This document shows, one piece after another, positions 1-10,419 of a stretch of 64,000 bases of DNA (position 1 is its first letter; each line of letters starts with the position of its first letter). The notes beneath the pieces were generated by a model that ran no database searches, was not told where the DNA came from, and saw nothing but the letters and a program-made list of their open reading frames with translations. The DNA comes from Malacoraja senta (taxonomy: Eukaryota), in assembly GCA_038087875.1 (NCBI GenBank), contig JAXLNO010006101.1, positions 1 to 64,000 on the forward strand, given 5' to 3'. The position numbers and the translations under genes were made by a program.

Positions 1-255
1 GGCGGGGGTGGGGAAATTTGAATAGGAATCTGAGGGGCAACTTTTCCACACAGAGGGTGGTGGGTGTATGGAACGAGCTGCCGGAGGAGGCAGCTGAGGC
101 TGGGACTATAACAACACTTGGACAGGTACATGGATAGGACAGGTTTGGAGGGATATGGGCCAAACGCGGGCAGCATGTGGGACTAGTGTAGATGGGGCAT
201 GTAGGCCAGTGTGTCAAGTTGGGCCAAAGGGCCTGTTTCCACACTGTATCACTCT
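1..255 (+). mobile_element. CR1 LINE 3' end fragment
   Basis: Degenerate CR1 ORF2 C-terminus (…NFSTQRVVGVWNELPEEA…) followed by the GGGCCAAAGGGCCTGTTTCCACACTGTATC tail seen in many other copies in the window. Confidence 0.8.
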
Positions 256-336
256 GTCTCTCTGTTTCTTTCTCGCTGTCCCTCTTTCTCTCTGCCTCTC
301 TTTCTCTCTCTGTCTCTCTGTCTCTCTCTCTCTCTG
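256..336. repeat. (TC)n-rich microsatellite
   Basis: Directly visible TC/CT dinucleotide run. Confidence 0.95.
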
Positions 337-596
337 CTAGAGTGGATTTGGGCGAACGTAGACCCGATTCACACAATACCAACTGCGGGCTGGCAGGGGG
401 GGGAATGGGCCGAAGGGCCTGTTTTGGCCGGTCTGGACTCCCCACATCCACCGTTGTCACGCAAGGTCGGCTTCGTGAGTTTGGGGAAATGGTTTGGAAA
501 TAAGACAGAAATCTGCCTGAAGGGCTATATTAAGTGTGAATATAGTGTGAATTATAAAATGTGGGGATCGGCCTGCAAGCACCTGTGCATGTTCCC

Positions 597-1285
597 CCTG
601 CTGCATTAAAGGGCATGCATGCATCACTGGTTGCATTAAAGGGAATGCATGCATCATTGGCTGCATTAAATGGAATGCATGCATCACTGGCTGCATTAAA
701 GGGAATGCATGCATCATTGGCTGCATTAAATGGAATGCATGCATCACTGGCTGCATTAAAGGGAATGCATGCATCACTGGCTGGATTAAAGGGAATGCAT
801 GCATCACTGGCTGCATTAAAGGGAATGCATGCATCACTGGCTGCATTGAAGGGAATGCATGCTTCACTGGCTGCATTAAAGGGAATGCATGCGTCACTGG
901 CTGCATTAAAGGGAATGCATGCGTCACTGGCTGCATTAAAGGGAATGCATGCGTCACTGGCTGCATTAAAGGGAATGCATGTGCCACTGGCGGCATTAAA
1001 GGGAATGAATGCGTCACTGGCTGCATTAAAGGGAATGCATGCGTCACTGGCTGCATTAAAGGGAGTGCATGCGTCACTGACTGCATTAAAGGCAATGCAT
1101 GCATCACTGGCTGCATTAAAGGGAATGCATGCGTCACTGGCTGCATTAAGGAGAAGGCATGCATCACAGGGAATGCATGCATCACTGGCTGCATTAAAGG
1201 GAATGCATGCATCACTGGCTGCATTAAAGGGAATGCATGCATCACTGGCTGCATTAAAGGGAATGCATGCATCACTGGCTGCATT
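597..1285. repeat. 30 bp minisatellite, about 23 copies
   Basis: Unit CTGCATTAAAGGGAATGCATGCATCACTGG; it explains the 10-aa periodic ORFs (ALKGMHASLA / MQPVMHAFPL). Confidence 0.97.
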
Positions 1286-1436
1286 CCTGCCTCCCGCTGC
1301 ATGGCAGTGCTTTTATCCTTACCTGCTCTTCACCAAAGATTATATAGCAGAGCAAGATGCGCCACTCAGCGAAAAAAGGGTAGTATGCCATGGGTGGTTG
1401 TCGACGCCATTTTACTGGCGTGCCTCGACTACAGTC

Positions 1437-4400
1437 ATGGCATCTACATCTAAATCTTCATCTCACTGCTCTGCTATCAATTGCTCTAATCGTCAATGTA
1501 AATGACCCGACCTGTCATTCTTTAGGTTCCCCGATCGATCGAAAACACCGCGGAGTCAGAATCGATCTCTCTCTCTCCCCCTTCTCTCGATCTCTCTCTC
1601 CCCTCTCTTCTCTCGATCTCCCTCCCTCTCTCCCTCTCCGTTCTTTCCCTCCCTCCCTTTCCTCTCTCCCTCCCTTCCCTCTGTGTGAGAGTTGGCAGCC
1701 CTGCTATGCCTTAGGTCCAAAAGAGGATAGAAAGAAAATACTTAATGGTCTTTGTAAGAAGTTTTTAATATTCTCTTCTACATTTAAGGTAAATTGACAT
1801 ATTAGAGGCAAAATGCATCTTCAATATACAGGTCTCTCCACACAACTGAAAACAATTGCACTTAAGTGATACATCACCCATTCTGCAGGCATGTAGTTAA
1901 TCCTAAATGATATGTTCTGTAATTTCAGATGTCAACAGTGGGTCCAGAATACTCGTCGACAAGATCTCCTGAACTGAACTCCGGAGTACTTGTCAGCCAA
2001 CTGTTGTCTTTGTTCTTTACACTTTGAACTTGACCAGTTTTCCAACAAGCAGACCAAGAACAGGCTAAATTGGAATGCAGTTCCAACGCTCTTTGACATT
2101 CCTAACCCGCCAAAACGTCTGTCTTCCCAACGCAGGTTACTCAAGAGGAAGAATGAGAACCTCCCATCCTCACCAACGCCTTTAAAACAGCAAAGAGGCA
2201 AGTAATTTTCTCCTTTTTAAAATAAAATATATTCTCTCACTTTGGCTAAATATTAAAAAGTTATATCCAAACTGATATAATTGCCAATGGTCAATATGTA
2301 ATGGCATGTATGGTACTTTTATTTTCATTTGTGAAATGTTCACAAAACTATAATCACACGTAAGACTACACAGTGTGGGCTGATGGAATGCGTACTAGTA
2401 TTTAATTAAAGTAAGAACATCCATTTAAAGCTTCCTCAAGCATAATTCATACAACATTTAAATTGATTTAACTTTTCTTCTGGTAGATTGAAATTGGTGC
2501 ATCACATCTATTTTTAATTATAATTATTAGTAGATGCTGATTTATTTACATGTATGTGCTTCATCTTTTTCATTAATATGCTTGACATTTCTTTTTCCCT
2601 TTCTCATTTTTTTTGGTCTTGGCAGTGTCACACAACATACTGGCCGAACATTCTTACTGCTCAGCTGCAGACAAAATTCATCGTAAAGAACCCAGCAATG
2701 TCTCTACAACTCCTGAAAAACCTGATCTTCAATCCACACCAAATGTGAATGACAGCAGAGCTCTGAAGAAGGAAAGACAGCGTACTTTCCCCCTCAAAAA
2801 AAGAGTGCAACAGATTAAATTATCAATGAAAAAGAATACTACAGAAATTAAGACAATTAGTGACTTGATCAGAGGGGCTGGTGAATTTTTACAAGAACCA
2901 GCGCTGTCTTTCTTTGCGTCGCAGTTGCGTAATGCGGCTGGACGTAGAAGTGCAAGAGGAAGACGATGGAGTTATTCAGACAAGGTGGTTGCCTTGTCCC
3001 TCTACCACCAGAGTCCCCGAGCATATCAGTTCTGCCAGTGCATTTTCACACTTCCATCAATCTCATCACTACGTAGGTGGTTGAGCAATATTGAAGTGAG
3101 GCCTGGGTTTCCCCCTAAGATCTTTGAACTTTTGAAAGACAGGGTTGCGGGGATGTCAGAGAGGGATACATTATGTGTAGTCTCCTTTGACGAAATGAGT
3201 TTACGTGCAAGCCTCTCTTACAATATTACTGAAGATTCAGTGGAGGTTTTTGAGGACTTTGGATCCCTAGGGAAGACATCAAGGCTGCCAACCATGCTCT
3301 AGTTTTCATGGTTGGAGGCTTGATGGGGAAATGGAAGCAACCTGTAGGTTACTTTCTTTCACGGGACTGCACAATGGCTGACAAACTACAAACATTACTC
3401 AATGAATGTTTACAGAAGGTTAAGGCTATTGGACTACAGCCCAAGGCCGTTGTTTGTGACCAAGGCCCAAGCAATATTCGACTGTACTCCAACTTGGGTG
3501 TGACAGAAGACCATCCTTTCTTCGTCCACGGGGGAACCAATATCTATTGCATGCATGACCCACCCCACTTGTTGAAAAACACTCGCTCAAATTTGGAGAA
3601 ATATGTTTTTGAGGTCAAGGGAGAGGATGGCAGAAAAAAACATATCAAATGGGCGCATATTTACACATTTTATGAGCATGATTCACAGTTGCCCATTAGA
3701 AAGGCCCATAAATTAACCAGAGTACAACAGATTAAATTATCAATGAAAAAGAATACTACAGAGGCCATTTTGTTTTAAACAGCTTCTCTAAAATGAGAGT
3801 CAACAAGGCTGCGCAGGTGCTTAGCCATTCGGTAGCAGCAGGCGTCTACACCTATGCAGCTCTTGGAAAGTTACCTGGGGAGGCTGTTTATACGGCAGAG
3901 TTCATTGAAATGGTTGATGGACTGTTTGACTCATTTAACAGCAGGTTTTTCAAGGACCCCAAAATGTTAAGGAGGCCTATTTCTGAAAAGTCTGTGCATA
4001 AGTCATTCTTTGAATCATGCTTGACTGTACTCCGAAGCTTGACAGTGCTTGGAGCTAAAAATGTGTTGTTTGTCAAGGGATGGCGCCTTGCAATTTCTTG
4101 CATTTCACAGCTGTGGCAGCACATAAAGGAAAGCACAGACGCCCGTTTTATGTTTACATCTCGGATCAATCAGGATGTTGTAGAGAATTTGTTCTCCACT
4201 ATTCGGCGAAAGGGCGGATTCAGAGAAAATCCATCAGCGAAGGAGTTTCGATGTGCTTTCCGGATGGTTATGGTGGCTGAACTGATAAAACCATCTGTGA
4301 GTTCAAACTGTTCCCCCGACTCAGACAGATTTATCTTAACATTGCAAACACTAACAAAAAACAGAGTCAAGAAACCATCTCCATCTATCTCCCATACCAA

Positions 4401-4917
4401 TAAAACAAAACAGCACAATGCAGTCTGCAGCATTTCACTAGATCTCCCTGAAGAGAATACACTAGCTTACATCGCAGGACACATCTGTCACAAAATCATC
4501 TCTTCACATGAACTGTCCTCAAAATGCCACACATGCAGAGAAGTTCTATTACGAACGGATGCCACTTTAGTAGATCCTGCACTCATATTCATCCATCACA
4601 AAGCATACGACACATCAACGTCTGACTTTGGCTCATTGATGGTGCCTTCGGAATACTTTCTTGGGTTCTGTGAAGTGTGCGAGAAAGTGTTCCGCACAGA
4701 ATTTGATGATGTTAAGATGACCAGGGATAACATTTCCCATCTAATAAACACAGCAATACATAACACACAGCAATACAAAGACATGAACTTGTGCTGCAAT
4801 AGAGTCAAGATTAGAATTGTAGCAATCTTTGTGAGTATCCACATGCACTATGGACTCAAATTCAAGAATAGAAAAATGCATAACATGACTGTTAAAAGGA
4901 GATGTAAAAAACTTTAA
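1437..4917 (+). pseudogene. Spliced THAP-domain P-element transposase (THAP9-like family), inactivated
   Basis: Exon 1 from ATG 1437: MASTSKSSSHCSAINCSNRQCK*PDLSFFRFP. Exon 2 at 1929-2197: CQQWVQNTRRQDLLN*TPEYLSANCCLCSLHFE…AVPTLF (THAP C2CH). Candidate GC-AG intron 2198-2625. Exon 3 from 2626 carries RRWS…LSLY, SFDEMS, VCDQG, HDPPHLLKNTR, KMRVNKAAQ and NQDVVENLF, ending at stop 4915-4917. Lesions: two TGA codons, a frameshift near 3280, a 41 bp insertion at 3722-3762, and a disrupted exon 1 donor. Confidence 0.9.
1565..1685. repeat. CT-rich low-complexity tract within an insertion disrupting THAP exon 1
   Basis: Pyrimidine-rich run starting shortly after the FFRFP codons. Confidence 0.8.
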
Positions 4918-4984
4918 AAAGTGGAACATAAGTAAAGTGCATAATTTTCAAACATTATTTATTTGAAGTAATCCTATTGTTCAA

Positions 4985-5990
4985 GTTCGTTCAATTGAGT
5001 TTATTGTCATGTGTTCCTGATTGTACAATGAAATTCTTGCTTTGCTTCAGCACAACAGAACATAGTAGGCATTGACTACAAAACAGATCAGTGTGTCCAC
5101 ATACAATTATATAAATTTATACACACATGAATAAATAAACTGATAAAGTGCAAATAACATATAATGGGCTATTAATGTTCAGAGTTTTGTCCGAGCCAAG
5201 TTTAATAGCCTGATGGCTGTGGGGAAGTAGCTAATCCTGAACCTGGTCGTTGCAGTCTTCAGGCTCCTGTACCTTCTACCTGAAGGTAGTAGGGAGATGA
5301 GTGTGTGGCCAGGATGGTGTGGGTCCTTGATGATAGTGCCAGCCTTTTTGAGGCAGCAACTGCGATAGATCCCCTCGATGGAAGGGAGGTCAGAGCCGAT
5401 GATGGACTGGGCAGTGTTTACTACTTTTTGTAATCTTTTTGCTGGTGTTGAGTGCCAAGTTATTGTGCTGGCACCATATGGACAGTTGCTCGACTTCTCT
5501 TCTATACTCTGACTCATCCCCATCAGTGATACGTCCCACAACAGTGGTGTTGTCAGCAAACTTGATGATGGAGTTCGCACTATGTCCAGCTATGCAGTCA
5601 TGAGTATAGATTGAGTACAGCAGGGGGCTGAGCACGCAGTCTTGAGGTGCACCCGTGCAGAGTATTATCGAGTCTTGACACATTTCCACCAATACGAACA
5701 GACTGGTCTGAGAATGAGGAAGTCGAGGATCCAATTGCAGAGACTCAGTTCTGCGAGTTTGGTAACCAGCTTGGAGGGGATGATTGTATTAAATGCCGAG
5801 GTATAATCAATGAATAACAGCCTGACATATGAGTTTTTGTTGTCCAAGTTTCCCAGAGAAGAGTGGAGGGCCAGCGAGATCGCATCCACCGTTGATCTGT
5901 TGTGGCGGTAAGAGAACTGCAGTGGGTCCAGGTTTTTGTCGAGGTAGGAGTTGAAAATGTGTTGGCTCCTTGCAATGTGTTTGCCAAATT
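4985..5990 (-). mobile_element. Rex1/Babar-type non-LTR retrotransposon fragment
   Basis: [23 protein letters not shown]…[29 protein letters not shown] and the C-terminal HPGHTLISLLPSGRRYRSLKT…FPTAIRLLN are typical Rex1 RT motifs. Frameshifted. Confidence 0.85.
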
Positions 5991-6074
5991 TCTTGACTTT
6001 TAAAGACTCTTCAGAAAATGTGTTGGCTCCTTGCAAAGTGCTTGCCAAATTGTCTTGACTTTTAAAGACTCTTC

Positions 6075-6311
6075 AGAAAATGCCACCCAGCTTTGTGTCA
6101 TCCTCAAACTTGCTAGTGTTGCTCCTAATTCCCTCTTCCAAATCATTAATATATATGGTAAACAGTTGCGGCCCCAACACCGAGCCTTGCGGCACTCCAC
6201 TCGCCGCTGCCTGCCATTCTGAAAAGGACCCGTTCACTCCTACTCTTTGCTTCCGGTCTGCCAACCAATTTTCTATCCATGTCAACACCCTACCCCCAAT
6301 ACCGTGTGCTC
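6075..6311 (-). mobile_element. CR1 RT fragment
   Basis: WIENWLADRKQRVGVNG…SGVPQGSVLGPQLFTIYINDLEEG…KFEDDTKLGG. Confidence 0.9.
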
Positions 6312-6329
6312 CAGATGGACCTGAGAAAA

Positions 6330-6667
6330 ACAATCGGCAATGTAGGCAACCCGACTTGTCTTTCTTCAGGTTCCCCATTAAGGAGGAAAGGTAAGAAAAC
6401 ATTTATTACTTCTGTCGCATATTGAAATTTTAATTTAGCCTGTTCAATCTCTCACTGTAGTTAGATCATTGATCTCAGATAGTCGAGTCCTCATGGCAAC
6501 ATCCTTTTAAAAATCTTCACCTAAAGAGCATTTTCTTTCTGCCTCTCTGTTATTTAATGCAGAATAAGAACATATTGACTGCATGATATTTTCTTTAATT
6601 TCAGATGTCGACAGGACATGATCTACACCGAACTGCGGAGTATTTGTCAAATAACTGCCGTCTTATG
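6330..6667 (+). pseudogene. Second, diverged THAP/P-element relic (exon 1 end, intron, truncated exon 2)
   Basis: NRQCRQPDLSFFRFPIKEER followed by donor AG|GTAAGA at 6391. Acceptor TTTCAG|A at 6605 is followed by RQD…RTAEYLSNNCRL, paralogous to 1437-1531 and 1929-2010. Confidence 0.8.
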
Positions 6668-6989
6668 TACATTGTGTGAAATTGTGATTTGTTAACTGCA
6701 CAAAACAATGCAAATGGCAATTATTTATTATTGTATCTTCGTTGGACGTTTTGGTCTTTGGTGTAAGCAGGGGTGGGGCTATCATTGTGTTACATACGTT
6801 GAATTGTACATTACTTTCACTGGTTGGCTGATATGCTTAACACTGCAACCCTGTATATCTCGCGCACAGAATAATGTGAATTATGTAAATCTTACCATGC
6901 ATGTCAGAAATAAAGTGAGAAGTATGTTAATGGATCTCTATTATGAATTATTTAAAATTGAGTGGGTTAGTGCAATATCGGTTCCAGCC

Positions 6990-7437
6990 GTCAGTGACTG
7001 CACTGCCAGCCCACCAGCCGTATGTGACAGATCTGCCAACCCACGAGCCGTGAGTAAGTGAACTGCCAGCCCACCAGCTGTAAGTGACTGAACTGCCAGG
7101 CCAATAATCCATTCAGTCCACCCTCTCCCCCTTCTCTCACAGAGTCTGTCACCTGTTTTGGGCAGAATTTCTGGCAGTTTCTCAGCTGCCAGCCTGCCAG
7201 GTCTGAGTGACTGTACTGCCAGGCCTCAGTGACTGAACTGCCAGCCCTAGAATCCATTCGACCCACAATGTCCATACTAGCCCTCTGGAAAAATGTCCCT
7301 TCGGCGCACAACACCCATACTAGCGCAACAGAACCCCCCCCCCCCACTGGCCAGCAATATTGGAATTGGTGGAGAGGTGGAATATTGCATTGGGTGACCA
7401 GCCCTCCCGTGTGATGCTGGGACCCAACTTAGTCTAG
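6990..7437 (+). mobile_element. Non-autonomous Helitron, 3' part (hairpin half-deleted)
   Basis: 7375-7437 matches the 3' end of the Helitron at 24817-25427 (GGAATATTGC…CCAGCCCTCCCGTGTGA…GGGACCCAAC…TTAGTCTAG|T). The 3' arm of the hairpin is missing. Internal GTGACTGAACTGCCAGCCC repeats; 5' boundary not defined. Confidence 0.65.
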
Positions 7438-7717
7438 TTATTGTATATAAGTTGGAAATGTTGTCCTTTGTTTGAAATATGTTGAATTTGACATCAATTT
7501 TATTGATTAGCTGATATGCAAAACACTGCAACCCTGTATATGTCGCGCACAAAATGATGTAAATAAAAAGTGTTTTCCTTGTTTATGAAGTTCAATTTAG
7601 AATTATTTGAAATTGTGGGGGTTGGTGCAAAATACTGCTGACCCACGAATGTATCGTTATGAGACATTCAAGTTTTTAAAATCCATGTCTCGAAAAAAGC
7701 AAGAAGGTCCCCATATT

Positions 7718-8490
7718 GGGGCGGCCCGGTCGGGGGGAGAAGCGACGCCCAAGTCGGGGCGGCCCGGTCGGGGGGAGAAGCGACGCCCAAGTTGGGGCAG
7801 CTCGGCCAGAGGGAGAAGCGACGCCCAAGTTGGGGCGGCCCGGTCGGGGGGAGAAGCGACGCCCAAGTCGGGGCGGCCCGGTCGGGGGGAGAAGCGACGC
7901 CCAAGTTGGGGCGGCCCGGTCGGGGGGAGAAGCGACGCCCAAGTCGGGGCGGCCCGGTCGGGGGGAGAAGCGACGCCCAAGTTGGGGCAGCCTGGTCGGG
8001 GGGAGAAGCGACGCCCAAGTTGGGGCAGCTCGGCCAGAGGGAGAAGCGACGCCCAAGTTGGGGCGGCCCGGTCGGGGGGAGAAGCGACGCCCAAGTCGGG
8101 GCGGCCCGGTCGGGGGGAGAAGCGACGCCCAAGTTGGGGCGGCCCGGTCGGGGGGAGAAGCGACGCCCAAGTCGGGGCGGCCCGGTCGGGGGGAGAAGCG
8201 ACGCCCAAGTTGGGGCGGCCCGGTCGGGGGGAGAAGCGACGCCCAAGTCGGGGCAGCCCGGTCGGGGGGAGAAGCGACGCCCAAGTCGGGGCGGCCCGGT
8301 CGGGGGGAGAAGCGACGCCCAAGTTGGGGCAGCCCGGTCGGGGGGAGAAGCGACGCCCAAGTCGGGGCAGCTCGGCCAGAGGGAGAAGCGACGCCCAAGT
8401 CGGGGCGGCCCGGTCGGGGGGAGTAGCGACGCCCAAGTCGGGGCGGCCCGGTCGGGGGGAGAAGCGACGCCCAGGTTGGGGCGGCCCGGC
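7718..8490. repeat. GC-rich 38 bp minisatellite, about 20 copies
   Basis: Unit GGGGCGGCCCGGTCGGGGGGAGAAGCGACGCCCAAGT(C/T); it produces the six overlapping periodic ORFs. Confidence 0.97.
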
Positions 8491-8875
8491 CCGGGGAAGA
8501 GGGTGGCTGGGACGGTGTTCTGCCGGTGGTGGCTTGAGTCCGGGGTTCGGCCGCGGGCCAGCGGCTACGTCTGCAGGACTGGTGGGCGGCAGCTTCGACC
8601 ACCCCGGGCCGCGGTGTTTGAGCCGCGGGACTGTTATAACATCGCCCGGGGGGTATCGCCTCAGCGCAGAGGGAGAAGAGGAGGGAAGAGACTGCAGACC
8701 TAAGACTTTTGCCTCCATCACAGTGAGGAGATGCTGGGTGGACTCACTGTGGTGGATGTTAATATGTGTTTATTGTTGTTTTTATTGTATTATATGTATG
8801 ACTGCTGCAATTTCGTCCAGACTTCGGTCTGAATGACAATAAAGGCATATCTATCTATCTATATCTATCTATATT
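8490..8875 (+). mobile_element. Unclassified retroposon-like interspersed repeat (GC-rich body, AATAAA and ATCT tail)
   Basis: Tail GCCTCCATCACAGTGAGGAG…TCACTGTGGTGGATGTT…TGACAATAAA matches reverse-strand copies at about 54080, 57160 and 63370. Confidence 0.6.
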
Positions 8876-9107
8876 ATTTGACCAACTTATCGACTGAATT
8901 TAAATATGTAAGGATGTATGCACTACATTGTGTTACGCTAATATAGAATGAAAGAATGGAAAAATATTTCGACATTGTGTTCATGTCATGGATATTCTAT
9001 TCACAATATTAGGATTTCATATATATTTTATATATATGTGTGTGTGTATATATATGTGTATACATACTAATATGTATGTGTATATATATGTATATACACA
9101 CTTATTG

Positions 9108-9238
9108 NNNNNNNNNNNNNNNNNNNNNNNNNNNNNNNNNNNNNNNNNNNNNNNNNNNNNNNNNNNNNNNNNNNNNNNNNNNNNNNNNNNNNNNNNNNNN
9201 NNNNNNNNNNNNNNNNNNNNNNNNNNNNNNNNNNNNNN
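9108..9238. other. Assembly gap (N run) next to a TA/TG microsatellite
   Basis: 131 N characters. Confidence 1.
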
Positions 9239-9686
9239 AAGGTTGCTAAACAAATTAGAGGAAATCTGAAGAAAGAAACTAGAGAAATATGTCATCAAGT
9301 CACTTTTATTTATATAGCACATTTAAAAAAACAAGCGACCACGTTTGTTCGCGCTGGACGCATGCAATTGCATGCTGGTGGGACAGACCCTTAACTTGCC
9401 TCTCACACACAAACACACATTCATATAAATATATATATAAGTTACATTTAATTGTGTGCACAGTGTGTGTTAAAGCAATACAAGGGAAGCTGCACAATAC
9501 AATGCAAGGGAAACTACGCAAAGGTGGCGGCTAGGGAGGAAAGATGGGAGGGAAATGGGGGAACGGGGAAAACATTTACAATAAAATTAACTAAAATATG
9601 TGAGGTGATAGATGCGCTATATCAAACACTGTTCCCTACAACACTAATTACACTGGTTACACCAAGGATGATAGAGCAGATTACAT

Positions 9687-9862
9687 CAAAGATACTAGAG
9701 GCGCTCCGCTCCGCTATATAATCTTTGGATCAAAGCAGCGGGAGGCAAACTGGAAGTCGCGTTTTGCATTAGAAAATGGCGGCCGTGACGTTCCATTGCG
9801 TACTACACGTCAGTCCATTGGATTTCGGAGGAGTGGTCTATCTTGCTCCTCTAGTATCTTTG
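9687..9862. mobile_element. P-family-related MITE
   Basis: TIR CAAAGATACTAGAGG (9687) and CCTCTAGTATCTTTG (ends 9862). Its reverse strand starts CAAAGATACTAGAGGAGCAAGATAGACCACTC, similar to the P left end CAAAGATTATATAGCAGAGCAAGATGCGCCACTC. No TSD recognised. Confidence 0.6.
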
Positions 9863-9864
9863 GG

Positions 9865-10340
9865 GACAATAAGGGGCTCCTGTACCCGATTGGCTGAGCT
9901 GCGTCAGGTGACGGTGACTCATCCCCAGTATAAATAGAAGAGTTCCCAGAATCCTCTCTTTTTCGACGACGACCCTGCCTCGTGAGGTTGTGCTGGTGTG
10001 AGCTGTGAATGCCTGGGCCACATGGCACTGAACTTCGTGTAATTTCCACATTACGTAGTACCAAATATTGAATTGGGCTGTCCTTAGACGTTATCGGTCT
10101 TTTGTTTCAGGGATAGCTTTCTTTTAGGCAGGTTTAGAGCCTCGGGTTCGACGGTCCATCGTGTGGCTGGCCTGAGCAATTTTAAGTTGTTTGTTAATTC
10201 ATTCATATCGTTGTCTGGGTTGTTTAAATCAGGTTGGAGTTTTGGTGTGTTATTAAATAATTAAACTATTTTTTAACTTAAACCTGGCTTTTGACTGTGT
10301 TACGCGGCTCTGGATTGCCTGCTTTCGGGGAGTCGTAACA
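9865..10340 (+). mobile_element. Solo-LTR-like segment (3' part)
   Basis: Inverted CCAAT (GATTGG 9888), AP-1-like TGACTCA 9915, TATAAAT 9929, AT-rich polyA-like region, and terminus …GTCGTAACA. 5' end and TSD not identified. Confidence 0.5.
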
Positions 10341-10419
10341 CTCAACCAGAGGCAGAAAGTTTGTGCGGAACATATCAGATAAGGGTATTGTGATAAAAAC
10401 GCCGAGATAGCGAAACCCA

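Larger units (their letters stand above)
1334..9727 (+). mobile_element. P-element-superfamily DNA transposon (candidate full span, with nested insertions)
   Basis: Left end CAAAGATTATATAGCAGAG (1334-1352) and its inverted copy CTCCGCTATATAATCTTTG (9709-9727) match at 18/19 and enclose a THAP-P transposase. No matching 7-8 bp TSD is seen and an assembly gap lies inside, so pairing of the two ends is uncertain. Confidence 0.55.

Noticed and set aside
457-1505. Long ORFs of 281 and 314 aa
   Set aside because: They are translations of the 30 bp minisatellite. Only the last 22 codons (from 1437) are real THAP exon 1.
1437-4917. Assignment as the host gene THAP9 or THAP12
   Set aside because: Candidate TIRs, multiple disabling lesions and a nearby paralog fit a transposon copy better, so no gene symbol is given.
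7607-8836. Six overlapping ORFs of 230-409 aa
   Set aside because: They are artefacts of the stop-free GC-rich 38 bp repeat.
8931-10340. TGTTACG…CGTAACA as the two ends of one solo LTR
   Set aside because: The flanks (CATTG and CTCAA) are not a TSD, and the span includes a microsatellite and an assembly gap.
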